A stretch of 64,000 nucleotides of DNA from an uncultured Clostridia bacterium (GTDB lineage Bacteria; Bacillota; Clostridia; TANB77; CAG-508): the NCBI GenBank assembly GCA_944391955.1, contig CALXVG010000001.1, positions 249,916 to 313,915 on the forward strand. Reading direction: 5' to 3'. A program made the translations under genes and the position numbers. Shown piece by piece: positions 29,859 through 38,940 of this stretch. The notes under the pieces were generated by a model, which worked only from the letters and a program-made list of their open reading frames with translations, was not told where the DNA came from and searched no databases. The first letter of the stretch is position 1; every line of letters starts with the position of its first letter.

Positions 29859-32690
29859 TTAGAAAAAATCATTTAGTTCTTTGAATATTGCTTCTGCATC
29901 TTTTTCTGTTATTTTTTTACCATAAAACACTTTATTTACCATTATTTTTTTAAATTCTGGTAAAGTTTTTGGAACATTTTTAGCTAATTTAAACATATCT
30001 GCCAGTCCTTCATGAGAGTATTCTGGATGTTTTTTCTTTACTTCAATAATTTTTTCCAGGTCTGTTTCATCTCTATCTTTAAAGTACTTAACATCTTCAG
30101 GTAATATCTTTTCTTTTTTCAAATTAATCATTTCTTTTACTGTTTTTATTCCTAAACTTTCATATTCTTTAAATTCATCTTCTGTTATTTCATTTTCTTT
30201 TAACTGAATTATATCCGATATTCCCTCTACTCCAGATTCTTTATATGCTTTATATTCTTGACCTGTTATACCATTTTCCATTGCCATATTTAGCTTATCT
30301 GGATTTGTTAGTATATCATCTGAAAATCCTCTAATATTTTCTGTCATATTTTGTTTTATTTCATCTATATTTATTTCATGTTCATTATTTTCATTATTTG
30401 TTGAGTTAGAATCTCTTCTTCCTAATAAACTTCTTCTATGTGTTCCATATGCATGTTTTGCTTGGCTTTGTATTTTTCTGTTTATTCCAGAAGCAATATT
30501 GGCTCCTGCTATTGCACCGGCTCCTGTGTATTTTGCTGTATTTCCTAATTCCCCTGAAGCAACTCCAGCTCCTAAACCAATAGTTGCACCTCCAAATGCT
30601 CCTGCAATTTTTGCCGCATGATTAGTTGCCCATTTACCTGTTTTTGCTATCCATCTTCCTGTTGATTTCAATGTACTAGGTCCTAAAATTTTTCTTCTAT
30701 TTGTTCTGGATACTTTATTTCCTTTCATACTGCTATAATTTTCATTTGAATTGCTAGTATTTTTACTTTTATTTTGTGAATTAGTTAAAACGATATTTCC
30801 TGTGCCACTAGTTACATTCTCATTGTTTGATTCTATTTCATTTTTCTTCTGTTCATCTTCATTAACTGTTCTTACTCTATTATCATTACTTTGTTTTTCT
30901 TCTAAATTGGCATGCTTTGCTTTACCTTGTATTTTATTCATCATATTCATTAGCATAGCACCACCTGCTGCTGCCCCCACTGTTCCCACTGTGCTAGCTT
31001 TTTCAAATCCAAACATTTTTCTAATAAATTTTTCAGCTGGTATGAAAAATGCTAATACAATAATTGCATATACAGGATTTACATTTACTAGCTTACTAGC
31101 ACTTTCAATAAAAATTGTATATAGCAATAAATGTACTGGTTGTAATAGACAATTAAATATGTATTCTCTAATCCAAATAGAAAATGCTTGAGCTTGTCCA
31201 TCTTTAATCTTATCAATAGGATATGTAAGTGCTATTAGTGGTGATACCATTGTTAAAAATGCTATAAACACTAACCTTTTTATATATTGGATTGTAAATA
31301 TTACTGTTAAAATAGCTAATGCAATATACATTATTACATATCCAAAATATGTAAAATAAGAATCATTGTTATTTCCTGTTGCCATATTTCTAATATTAGT
31401 TATGAATTTATCTGTACCATCAATTGAAATAGTACTTACAGTAAAAAGATTGGTTAATCTTTCTGTAATACTTAATATAAATACCATTAGATAATGCAAA
31501 ACAAATAATATAGCTATTGCAATAAGCCAATCTAATAACATTTTTTTGTATTTTGCTTTATCTTGTGATGTACTGCTCATTAATATCCTAATTCCAACAT
31601 ATAGTAGTACAGATAATAGCCCTACTAATGCTAAATTTCTTAAAGCTATATACCAAGAAGCAATTATAGGTCTTAATGTATATGCTGTTGATGTTTTTTC
31701 ATATACTTCGTCAGTTGTTGTTTCACCAATTTTGTATAAGGTGCCTGACAAAGTATCCCTTGAGTTTTTATCCATCCACTCTTCTGAATCACAAATATAG
31801 AAGTATGTTTCATTATTATATTGCCATTGCATATAGTATAAGTTCTTATCTTTTAATCTATCTGCTATTGCTACGCCTTCGGCTCCTGCCGCTGCTGCTA
31901 AAAATATTGCAACTGATATTGCACCTGCATCGGCTGGCATTGGTATACTTGCTATTCCTTCAACTTCAACTACCATACCTACACCGCCACCATATGTAGC
32001 ATACTCCCAATCCGTATTAGCTAATGCTTCTACTGCATTCATAACAGATACTAATGCAATTCCATGAGCAAAAAGTTCTGTTAAACTCATGTTGTCTCTA
32101 ATTGATTGTAAAGGATTTGTTGCTCCATAATCTGTTTTACATTGTTCATATGTAATACTGTCAGAAACAGTAATATATTCTATCTTTGTTTTATAAAACT
32201 TTGTTTTTCCTTCTTCATCTCCAAGAGGTGAGAAAAAATTTATATCAAATGCTGGTATCTGTCCAGAGAAAATTGCTGCTGGTGAATATTTTATTCTGTA
32301 TATTGTTGCTCCTTTTCCTCCTTTGTTTCCTGGTGTTTCTTCTTTGATAGCATCAGATGTTATAATATTTGAAAATTTTTCATCCCCTATAAATGTCGAT
32401 TGTAATGTTGACATTACTCCATCTGCTATTCCTAGTATAAACTGACTTATTGGAGTAAATAATGCACCACCTTCTTCTTCTGTATTTTCTTCTTCTTCAG
32501 TTGAATCTAATATAGATTGCATTATATTTGTTAAATCATCCTGACTAACTGAGCTTCCCGGATCATATTCTGGTATTGATTCTATGTCTGATGCCGTTTC
32601 TGCATATGACCACTTAGGAATTATAAATTCTGCCAAGATTATTAAACTTATTATTGTTAATAATATCCTTTTTTTAAAACCAATTTTCAT
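29859..32690 (-). CDS. VirB6/TcpH/Orf15-like polytopic T4SS channel protein, paralog 2 (943 aa)
   Basis: WYIALRNLALVGLLSVLLYVGIRI core and same TM layout as paralog 1. Asn/Ser-rich linker. C-terminus IFKELNDFF. Confidence 0.75.
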   Translation of the reverse strand: MKIGFKKRILLTIISLIILAEFIIPKWSYAETASDIESIPEYDPGSSVSQDDLTNIMQSILDSTEEEENTEEEGGALFTPISQFILGIADGVMSTLQSTFIGDEKFSNIITSDAIKEETPGNKGGKGATIYRIKYSPAAIFSGQIPAFDINFFSPLGDEEGKTKFYKTKIEYITVSDSITYEQCKTDYGATNPLQSIRDNMSLTELFAHGIALVSVMNAVEALANTDWEYATYGGGVGMVVEVEGIASIPMPADAGAISVAIFLAAAAGAEGVAIADRLKDKNLYYMQWQYNNETYFYICDSEEWMDKNSRDTLSGTLYKIGETTTDEVYEKTSTAYTLRPIIASWYIALRNLALVGLLSVLLYVGIRILMSSTSQDKAKYKKMLLDWLIAIAILFVLHYLMVFILSITERLTNLFTVSTISIDGTDKFITNIRNMATGNNNDSYFTYFGYVIMYIALAILTVIFTIQYIKRLVFIAFLTMVSPLIALTYPIDKIKDGQAQAFSIWIREYIFNCLLQPVHLLLYTIFIESASKLVNVNPVYAIIVLAFFIPAEKFIRKMFGFEKASTVGTVGAAAGGAMLMNMMNKIQGKAKHANLEEKQSNDNRVRTVNEDEQKKNEIESNNENVTSGTGNIVLTNSQNKSKNTSNSNENYSSMKGNKVSRTNRRKILGPSTLKSTGRWIAKTGKWATNHAAKIAGAFGGATIGLGAGVASGELGNTAKYTGAGAIAGANIASGINRKIQSQAKHAYGTHRRSLLGRRDSNSTNNENNEHEINIDEIKQNMTENIRGFSDDILTNPDKLNMAMENGITGQEYKAYKESGVEGISDIIQLKENEITEDEFKEYESLGIKTVKEMINLKKEKILPEDVKYFKDRDETDLEKIIEVKKKHPEYSHEGLADMFKLAKNVPKTLPEFKKIMVNKVFYGKKITEKDAEAIFKELNDFF

Positions 32691-32718
32691 ATATACACCC
32701 CGGCTATTGTGTATTTTT

Positions 32719-34674
32719 CTATGCGTTTTTCTCGGCTATTTTGTTTAAATTTGTTTCCATAAATTCAAATTCTCGTTTTGTTGGTGTTATTTGTAGTATT
32801 GCTGTATCTGCACCAACCTTAAATAATCCTTCTCCTATTAAACATGTTACTAGGAAATTTGCTTCACCTTCACTTAATTTGAATACTTCTTTTAAGTATG
32901 CAATTTCAGATTTATCTTGTGCCAAAAATAGCTTTGTTTCTGATGATGTTAGTACTGCTTGTGCTTCTGGTTTTTCGTAGAAGTCTTGGAATCTTTGTGA
33001 TACTATTGCAAGTGATACATTTCTTTTTCTTGCACGTCTTGCCATTTTATTTAAGAATTCTACAGCTTCTGGGAATGGTAGCAACATCCATGCCTCGTCT
33101 ACTAAAACTCTTTTCTTTACTGCTTTTGTTTTATCTTCACTATTTTTCTTAACAAATTTTTCCCATATCCATGATAATAATATTTGTTGTGCAAGTGGTC
33201 TTGCAAATCTTTCTTCTAGCTGTGAAATATCTAGATTTATAAATGGTACTGAATCTAATAAATCAAATGTTGACTGTCCATCAAAATATGCCATTTGTCC
33301 ATTTAGTTCTCTTACATATTGTTTCATAACTTTACTTAAATAACTATAATGGAATGTATAGTTACTATCTTGATTTTCCTTTGCTTTTCTTAATAATGTT
33401 TTATACCATGAACCAATTGTTGGCATTGCTTTCTTTTCTCTTGAGATTTTACCTAACTTGCCTAATGTATTTGGTTCATATAAGCTTTCTGGGTCTGCAG
33501 TTATACCACATCTTGCATATTCTTCTGCTACTGCTTCTGCTATTATTTGTTTTGTTAATTCATTTACTTCTTCACTTCTTGTACTACCTCTTGCCATTGT
33601 AATTAATGCTTGTGTTACGTCTTCTATTTTATTTTCTACGTTTAAAACTGTTCTTTCTCTTCCTGTTATTTCATCTCTAACTTTTTCTTCTTCTATATCA
33701 AATAAATTTATTACTGTTTGTGATGTTGGTCCTAATACAACATTTATTCCACCTAGGGCTTCAGCCACTATTTTATACTCACCTTCTGCATCTAGTGCCA
33801 AACTTTCAATTCCCATCAATACAGCTGAACGAGATATTAAGGTTTTCATTGTAACAGATTTACCTGCACCAGATTTAGCAAATATAACCATATTGTAATT
33901 TGCTAAAGTTGGATGGAAATTATCAAATAATACTGGTACACCAGTTTGTTTGTTTATTCCTATTGGAATACCTGTTAAATGTCCAACTTCTGAAGTTGTA
34001 AATGGGAAAACTGTTGCCATTGAATTTCTATCAAATGTATGTGTTGTTTTTATTTGATTTTTCATTAATGGCATATTTGATTGCAATGCTTCATCTTGAA
34101 TTCCCCATGCTGATTTTATTCCAACTAATGTTTTTGACATTTCTGTTGCTAATAATTTTGTATATGCATCTAATGATTGTAAATTATATGAATATAGTGT
34201 TGATATTATTGAAGCTTCAAATAATTTATTAAATCCTGATGCAATTTCATCTCTTAATCCTTCTGCTTCTAATCTTTTTTGTGCTAATATACTTTCTCTG
34301 TTTATATTTCCTCTATCTGCTGCTACGATTCTTTCTGTTTCTAATTGGTTTATTACTTTATTTAATTCATTTTGAGATCTTGCTTCTGGAACTGGTCTTA
34401 TGTATATGGATGTATTTATATCTCCAAATAAATACATATCTCTAAATAATTCTGGGAATGTACACATTCTAGGAAGACTTGATACAAAGAAACTTCTTGC
34501 ATATCTTGTTGTGTTTGATATTATTTCCAAATGGTCTATATTTGAAGCATCTATACCTGCTGGAGCAATTAATTCTTTTATAGACTTTTTTCTTAGAATA
34601 TTATATTCTGGTTCTTGTCTACTTAGATTATTCTGCTGTGTTCTTGATTCTAGCTCTCTTGTTTTTTTGCTCAT
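32719..34674 (-). CDS. VirB4/TraE/Orf16-like conjugal transfer ATPase
   Basis: Firmicute VirB4 N-terminus IKELIAPAGIDASNIDHLEIISNTTRYARSFFVSSLP. Walker A FAKSGAGKSV. Walker B RVLVDEAWMLL. C-motif AIVSQRFQDF. Confidence 0.85.
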   Translation of the reverse strand: MSKKTRELESRTQQNNLSRQEPEYNILRKKSIKELIAPAGIDASNIDHLEIISNTTRYARSFFVSSLPRMCTFPELFRDMYLFGDINTSIYIRPVPEARSQNELNKVINQLETERIVAADRGNINRESILAQKRLEAEGLRDEIASGFNKLFEASIISTLYSYNLQSLDAYTKLLATEMSKTLVGIKSAWGIQDEALQSNMPLMKNQIKTTHTFDRNSMATVFPFTTSEVGHLTGIPIGINKQTGVPVLFDNFHPTLANYNMVIFAKSGAGKSVTMKTLISRSAVLMGIESLALDAEGEYKIVAEALGGINVVLGPTSQTVINLFDIEEEKVRDEITGRERTVLNVENKIEDVTQALITMARGSTRSEEVNELTKQIIAEAVAEEYARCGITADPESLYEPNTLGKLGKISREKKAMPTIGSWYKTLLRKAKENQDSNYTFHYSYLSKVMKQYVRELNGQMAYFDGQSTFDLLDSVPFINLDISQLEERFARPLAQQILLSWIWEKFVKKNSEDKTKAVKKRVLVDEAWMLLPFPEAVEFLNKMARRARKRNVSLAIVSQRFQDFYEKPEAQAVLTSSETKLFLAQDKSEIAYLKEVFKLSEGEANFLVTCLIGEGLFKVGADTAILQITPTKREFEFMETNLNKIAEKNA

Positions 34675-35821
34675 TTTCTTCTCCTCCTTCTTCTTGTGTT
34701 TTTCTTATTCTTTGTATAGATTTTTCTGTTACATCTTTTCCAACATATTTTTGGTTTTCTCTTAACATATCTTCTGCCATTTTTTGAACTAATTTTTCAA
34801 AATCCTGTTCTTTCTTTTTTATTTTTCTTTCCTTTTCTGCTCTTACAACACTTATTGTTTCTTTTGCTAATTTTAATGCTTCTTTTTCTATTTTTTCGTC
34901 TATTGCCTGCATTTTCTTATCTAATACATCTGGTGCTGTTGAAAATAGTTCGTTATAACCTGATCTTATTGCCTTTTGTACACTAAATATGTCTGAATCA
35001 TCTCTGTTATATGCAATATACAATAGTTCAACTAATTCATTAGAATTTAGAACTCTACTTTTTATACTACATGCTGATAATGTTCTTATAAGTGATTGTG
35101 CCCTTGTATATAATTCTGAAAATATCATACTTTTTCTTTCTTCTTCATCTAGCAAATCTCCACCTAGTTCTGCAGAATAGTATGGAACTATTATATAATA
35201 GTGTTTTCTCAAAACATTTTTATTTTGACTTGTTTTTTGTATGCTATCTATTACATCACTACCATATTCGTACAAGTTTTTCAATCTTAATATTTCCATT
35301 GATAAAGCATCTGCTTGTTTTTCATTATAATTGTCTGCTTTTATTAATCTTGCATACATTGCTTGTTTTGTGTCTAATTCTTTTTTGGTAATTTCTAGTT
35401 TTTCGTTGTATTTAGAAAGACTTTCTGATATATTTATTGTTCTTGTTTGTGTATATATTTGTATTGGATGTCTTAGAGTATTTAAAAACTGAACAAATCC
35501 TGCTTCTACTGCTGTTTTTTCTACATGTGACATTAGGTCATAGTTTATTCCTTCACATTCTATAACCATTAAATATCTCTTACCTTCATCTTGTACTATC
35601 ATATTATCTTCTATCTTATCAAATTGCATATATTGGAAGATAGATTTTTTTGTGTATTCCTTTGCTACTTTTGTAGTAGTTCCCACTGTAGCTCCATCTT
35701 CACTAATGCTATGTTTATTTTTGTATGACATGTACCATGCTACAAAAAGCAAAATTATTATTGCAAATACTAAAAAAATCAATAAAATTGTTAATAGGCT
35801 CATTATACTATCCATTTTCAA
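34628..35821 (-). CDS. Membrane-anchored T4SS-island protein with coiled-coil C-terminus (397 aa)
   Basis: N-terminal TM LLTILLIFLVFAIIILLFVAWY. Soluble domain; 47-nt overlap with VirB4-like gene and ATGA overlap with upstream gene (translational coupling). Confidence 0.6.
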   Translation of the reverse strand: MKMDSIMSLLTILLIFLVFAIIILLFVAWYMSYKNKHSISEDGATVGTTTKVAKEYTKKSIFQYMQFDKIEDNMIVQDEGKRYLMVIECEGINYDLMSHVEKTAVEAGFVQFLNTLRHPIQIYTQTRTINISESLSKYNEKLEITKKELDTKQAMYARLIKADNYNEKQADALSMEILRLKNLYEYGSDVIDSIQKTSQNKNVLRKHYYIIVPYYSAELGGDLLDEEERKSMIFSELYTRAQSLIRTLSACSIKSRVLNSNELVELLYIAYNRDDSDIFSVQKAIRSGYNELFSTAPDVLDKKMQAIDEKIEKEALKLAKETISVVRAEKERKIKKKEQDFEKLVQKMAEDMLRENQKYVGKDVTEKSIQRIRKTQEEGGEENEQKNKRARIKNTAE

Positions 35822-36111
35822 TTTTCCCCCTTATCTTCTGTATATGTGTATATTATATTTTTTTTCTTTTTAAACTTATACCATTTTAGTATAGCTTCAT
35901 CTATTTTTTCTCCGCCTGCTCTTTTGGTAAATGTAAATGAATTATTTTCTGGAATCCTAAATGTTGCAACAGCAAAGCCTATTCCTGCAAAGGCAAGTGC
36001 TATTATTATTCCTACTATATGCATTCCTAATGACATAAATAAATAGAAGAATATCAAACCTATTACACCTGTTGCACATGTATATATCAACGATTTTGCT
36101 GTAAATATCAT
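35818..36111 (-). CDS. Small two-TM protein, VirB3/Orf17-like candidate (97 aa from ATG; GTG alternative at 36129)
   Basis: MIFTAKSLIYTCATGVIGLIFFYLFMSLGMHIVGIIIALAFAGIGFAV then cytoplasmic tail. GGAAG RBS before ATG 36111. Confidence 0.5.
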   Translation of the reverse strand: MIFTAKSLIYTCATGVIGLIFFYLFMSLGMHIVGIIIALAFAGIGFAVATFRIPENNSFTFTKRAGGEKIDEAILKWYKFKKKKNIIYTYTEDKGEN

Positions 36112-36374
36112 TAATATTCTTCCGTTCACCCTTCACATCTCTTGGAATTTTATGTATTGCCACAGTTATTCCCCCTTTTATGGTATTTATTTAGTTTATT
36201 ATATCAGATTTTGGAGGTAATTGTAACTATTTGTATATATGTAATTAAAACTTAATTTTTTTGTAATATTTTTGTAATATATGCCATAAGAAAGGCGTTT
36301 TGCTAAGTTAGTCTCCGAAGCAAGTGCAAAACACATGTCACTCGCTTTGCTCGGACGAATTAAGGTAGCCTAAC

Positions 36375-36438
36375 CTTGTTGTATACGGAAAAATCCAAAT
36401 AAGGTCAAGCTAAAAGTCGATTTTTCCTATACAATAAA
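36375..36438. repeat. Palindromic intergenic repeat, copy B
   Basis: Arms identical to copy A (CTTGTTGTATACGGAAAAATC ... ATTTTTCCTATACAAT), loop divergent. Again lies directly after an intrinsic terminator in minus sense. Confidence 0.6.
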
Positions 36439-36467
36439 AAAAGATATCAGATTTATTCTGATATCTC
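36434..36467 (-). terminator. Intrinsic terminator after pilin-like gene 36484-36840
   Basis: AGATATCAG-atttatt-CTGATATCT stem followed on minus strand by TTTTTTTAT. Confidence 0.75.
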
Positions 36468-36483
36468 TCTATTAATATAATTA

Positions 36484-36840
36484 TTATAGTGCAAATGTAT
36501 CAAATAATAATTTAGCAATTGTTGTTGCACTCATTACTACTACTATACCTATAATTAAAGGAACCATAGATTTTTTGTATTCTGATTTTTCTTCTAAGCT
36601 TCCCATCATATATTTAACACCTAAAATAGCTATAATAACTACACCACCTATTATTGCAACATTTCTGATAAATCCTAAGATTTTACCTGCAATAGTTTGC
36701 ATTGAGGTTGAATCGCCATATGTAATAGCTCCTTCTACGCCATCTACAGTTGCTTGAGTTGCAAATACTGGTGAAGCTACTGTTATTGTTAAAATTGCTA
36801 TCATCATTAGTACAGAAAGTAATTTAACTGATTTTCTCAT
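36484..36840 (-). CDS. VirB2/TrbC-like pilin-type protein, paralog 1 (118 aa)
   Basis: Signal peptide ending VFATQA. Two hydrophobic helices separated by KYMMGSLEEKSEYKKSMVP, motif shared by all three paralogs. Confidence 0.65.
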   Translation of the reverse strand: MRKSVKLLSVLMMIAILTITVASPVFATQATVDGVEGAITYGDSTSMQTIAGKILGFIRNVAIIGGVVIIAILGVKYMMGSLEEKSEYKKSMVPLIIGIVVVMSATTIAKLLFDTFAL

Positions 36841-36950
36841 ATTTTTCCCCTTTCTTTATAATATTTATATTTTGCACTTTCTTAAGTTGAGAACCTATTA
36901 AAAGATTCTCCGGAACCTTGTTGCTTCCGCAATAAGAAAATGTTAAAGAC

Positions 36951-37391
36951 TTAAATTGTTATATTCTTGCTGCTTATATATGCTGTGTCTGTTGATTCTA
37001 CATTATTTCCTATTTCTATAACTATTTTCCATATTGTAAATGCTGAAAATATTACTACACATCCAACAATATATGGTACCAATGTTTCTTTTATCTTTGC
37101 TTTCTCATCAACACTTCCTGTTATGAATTGAATACCAATTACTAATCCTACACCTATTGCAAGTATTGCTGCAATTGCAAATAGTACATTAAATATCTCT
37201 TTTGATGTTATATTTAATTCTCCTTCATCAAGTGGTTTATTGTTTGCATATGCACCTTTGCCTATATCTAAAAAACCTTCTCCTCCGCCTATAATTTCAC
37301 TTGATATAGTATCATCTGCATATACTTGTGTAGAACAGCATAGCAATATTGTTATTATTATAACTGTTAAATTTAGAATGATTTTTTTCAT
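36951..37391 (-). CDS. VirB2/TrbC-like pilin-type protein, paralog 2 (146 aa from MKKIILNL)
   Basis: Signal peptide ...TQVYA. Helices flanking QFITGSVDEKAKIKETLVP. AGGTGA RBS 4 nt before ATG 37391; longer ORF in track has no RBS. Confidence 0.6.
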   Translation of the reverse strand: MKKIILNLTVIIITILLCCSTQVYADDTISSEIIGGGEGFLDIGKGAYANNKPLDEGELNITSKEIFNVLFAIAAILAIGVGLVIGIQFITGSVDEKAKIKETLVPYIVGCVVIFSAFTIWKIVIEIGNNVESTDTAYISSKNITI

Positions 37392-37405
37392 TTTATCACC
37401 TGTTT

Positions 37406-37750
37406 TTATAAATTTAATTGTTCTATTAATCCTACTAATAATGATACTCCCATTAACATAAAGCAACCTACAACAAATGGTATCATTTCTTTTTTATAAT
37501 CTGCTTTTTCTTGTACACTCAAAAACATATATTTTAGTCCGATTATTGCTAAGACTACTATAGATATCATTATTCCTACGGTTCTTATGGCGCCTAAAAC
37601 TGGTCCTGCTTTTTGAACAAATGATTCTGAACCAGCTAATGATGGTTCGGGATTATAATTTTCTGGATTTTCTAATGCAAATACATTATTTGAAAATAAT
37701 ATAAGCATAATGCTAATTAATGGGACTATTATTTTTAATGTTCTTTTCAT
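37406..37750 (-). CDS. VirB2/TrbC-like pilin-type protein, paralog 3 (114 aa)
   Basis: Signal peptide ...NNVFA. Motif KYMFLSVQEKADYKKEMIP between two hydrophobic helices. Confidence 0.65.
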   Translation of the reverse strand: MKRTLKIIVPLISIMLILFSNNVFALENPENYNPEPSLAGSESFVQKAGPVLGAIRTVGIMISIVVLAIIGLKYMFLSVQEKADYKKEMIPFVVGCFMLMGVSLLVGLIEQLNL

Positions 37751-37977
37751 TAATTTAGCACCTCCTTATGCCTACTATCACTAATATTATAGCATTTTTT
37801 GATATTTATTGCAACTTTTTATGTTTATTTTTCTTTATATTTCTACATTTTTAATATAATTTTAATGTTTTTTTCAAAATTTGTCAATATCTTCTTGTAA
37901 AATTATTTTTAAATCCCAATTGGGGACGTATTTAAATTGAGAAAAATTTTCCAATTTGGGACAGGTTTGATTTAGCG

Positions 37978-38020
37978 GAGGTTGAAAGTTGGATGTTGGA
38001 TGTTGGAGGTTGGAAGTCTG
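37978..38020. repeat. Short tandem repeat (G/A)GTTGGA x5
   Basis: GGAGGTTGAAAGTTGGATGTTGGATGTTGGAGGTTGGAAG read directly; adjacent palindromes TCCCAATTGGGGA and CCAATTTGGGAC at 37915-37965. Confidence 0.5.
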
Positions 38021-38039
38021 TTTTCTGATTTCGGGGCAA

Positions 38040-38090
38040 TAAAAAACCTTGTAAGTACTTTAAAATCAATACTTACAAGGTTTTTACGGT
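38040..38090 (-). terminator. Intrinsic terminator downstream of tRNA-Gly(TCC)
   Basis: CCTTGTAAGTAtt...aaTACTTACAAGG stem, followed on minus strand by TTTTTTATT. Confidence 0.75.
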
Positions 38091-38092
38091 TT

Positions 38093-38166
<74 letters not shown>

Positions 38167-38173
38167 TTGCTCG

Positions 38174-38202
38174 CTACGAATATAGATTATAGACTATTTT
38201 TT
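38174..38202 (-). promoter_or_regulatory. Consensus sigma-A promoter (TTGACA-17-TATAAT) with A/T UP element driving tRNA-Gly
   Basis: Minus strand reads AAAGTATTGACA-17-TATAAT about 7 nt before the tRNA 5' end. Same TGTCAATACTTTTTTTAAAATTT block is reused at 58586. Confidence 0.75.
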
Positions 38203-38229
38203 TTAGTTTGTCAATACTTTTTTTAAAAT

Positions 38230-38913
38230 TTATTCAATTAATTCAAATCCCATATGTTTTTGTAGTTCTATGTCTATAGTTTTTCTTACATACAAGCCGT
38301 TTTCACGACAATACCTTTGTACTGCTAATTCTGTTTCTGAACCAAATTTTCCGTTTGGTATTCCAGTGAAAAAACCTAATTTTTTTAATTTTTTTTGTAT
38401 TTCTAATACATCTGAACCATACATTCCTGATTTTAGATGTCTAAAACCTTTTCCGAATGCTCCATATGGTCCATCTACTATTGTTATTTTTGTGCCTATT
38501 GGTATTATTTTATATAATTCTGCTACTTCATCATTGTTCATTCTTATGCATCCATGTGAACTTGGCCAACCTAAAGAGTTTGGCTCTAATGTTCCATGTA
38601 TTCCAAAGTTTCCCCATGGCACATTAAATCCTAACCAACTTCCTCCAAATCCTTCTCCCCATTTTGCCTTTTGCACTATTTGCCATGTTCCTATTGGTGA
38701 AGGTGTTGACCATTTTCCTCCTGAGCATTTATATGTTTTTGTTATTTCACCATTTTCTAATAAATATAATTTAGATTCCTCTACATCAACAAATATACTG
38801 TATTCTATATTTTGTTGTGTACTTGTTGCTATTGTTTTTTCTTTAGGCGTGTATATGTGTAATGATGATATATATAGTATTAAAATAATTATTGATATAC
38901 ATAGTTTTTTCAT
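38230..38913 (-). CDS. L,D-transpeptidase (YkuD domain) with C-terminal peptidoglycan-binding domain
   Basis: Catalytic motif PSSHGCIRM. PG-binding repeat GSDVLEIQKKLKKLGFFTG...GKFGSETELAVQRY. Signal peptide. Confidence 0.85.
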   Translation of the reverse strand: MKKLCISIIILILYISSLHIYTPKEKTIATSTQQNIEYSIFVDVEESKLYLLENGEITKTYKCSGGKWSTPSPIGTWQIVQKAKWGEGFGGSWLGFNVPWGNFGIHGTLEPNSLGWPSSHGCIRMNNDEVAELYKIIPIGTKITIVDGPYGAFGKGFRHLKSGMYGSDVLEIQKKLKKLGFFTGIPNGKFGSETELAVQRYCRENGLYVRKTIDIELQKHMGFELIE

Positions 38914-38940
38914 ATTTAATACTATGTTATATTTATTTTT

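Noticed and set aside
34628-34674. 47-nt overlap between the 397-aa and VirB4-like ORFs as evidence of a split or frameshifted VirB4
   Set aside because: The 651-aa ORF begins with the complete canonical Firmicute VirB4 N-terminus (IKELIAPAGID…SSLP), so it is intact. The overlap is ordinary operonic coupling.
35957-36163. 68-aa minus-strand ORF overlapping the VirB3-like gene
   Set aside because: Different frame of the same DNA with no RBS. The 97-aa frame has a GGAAG RBS and a two-TM membrane-protein character.
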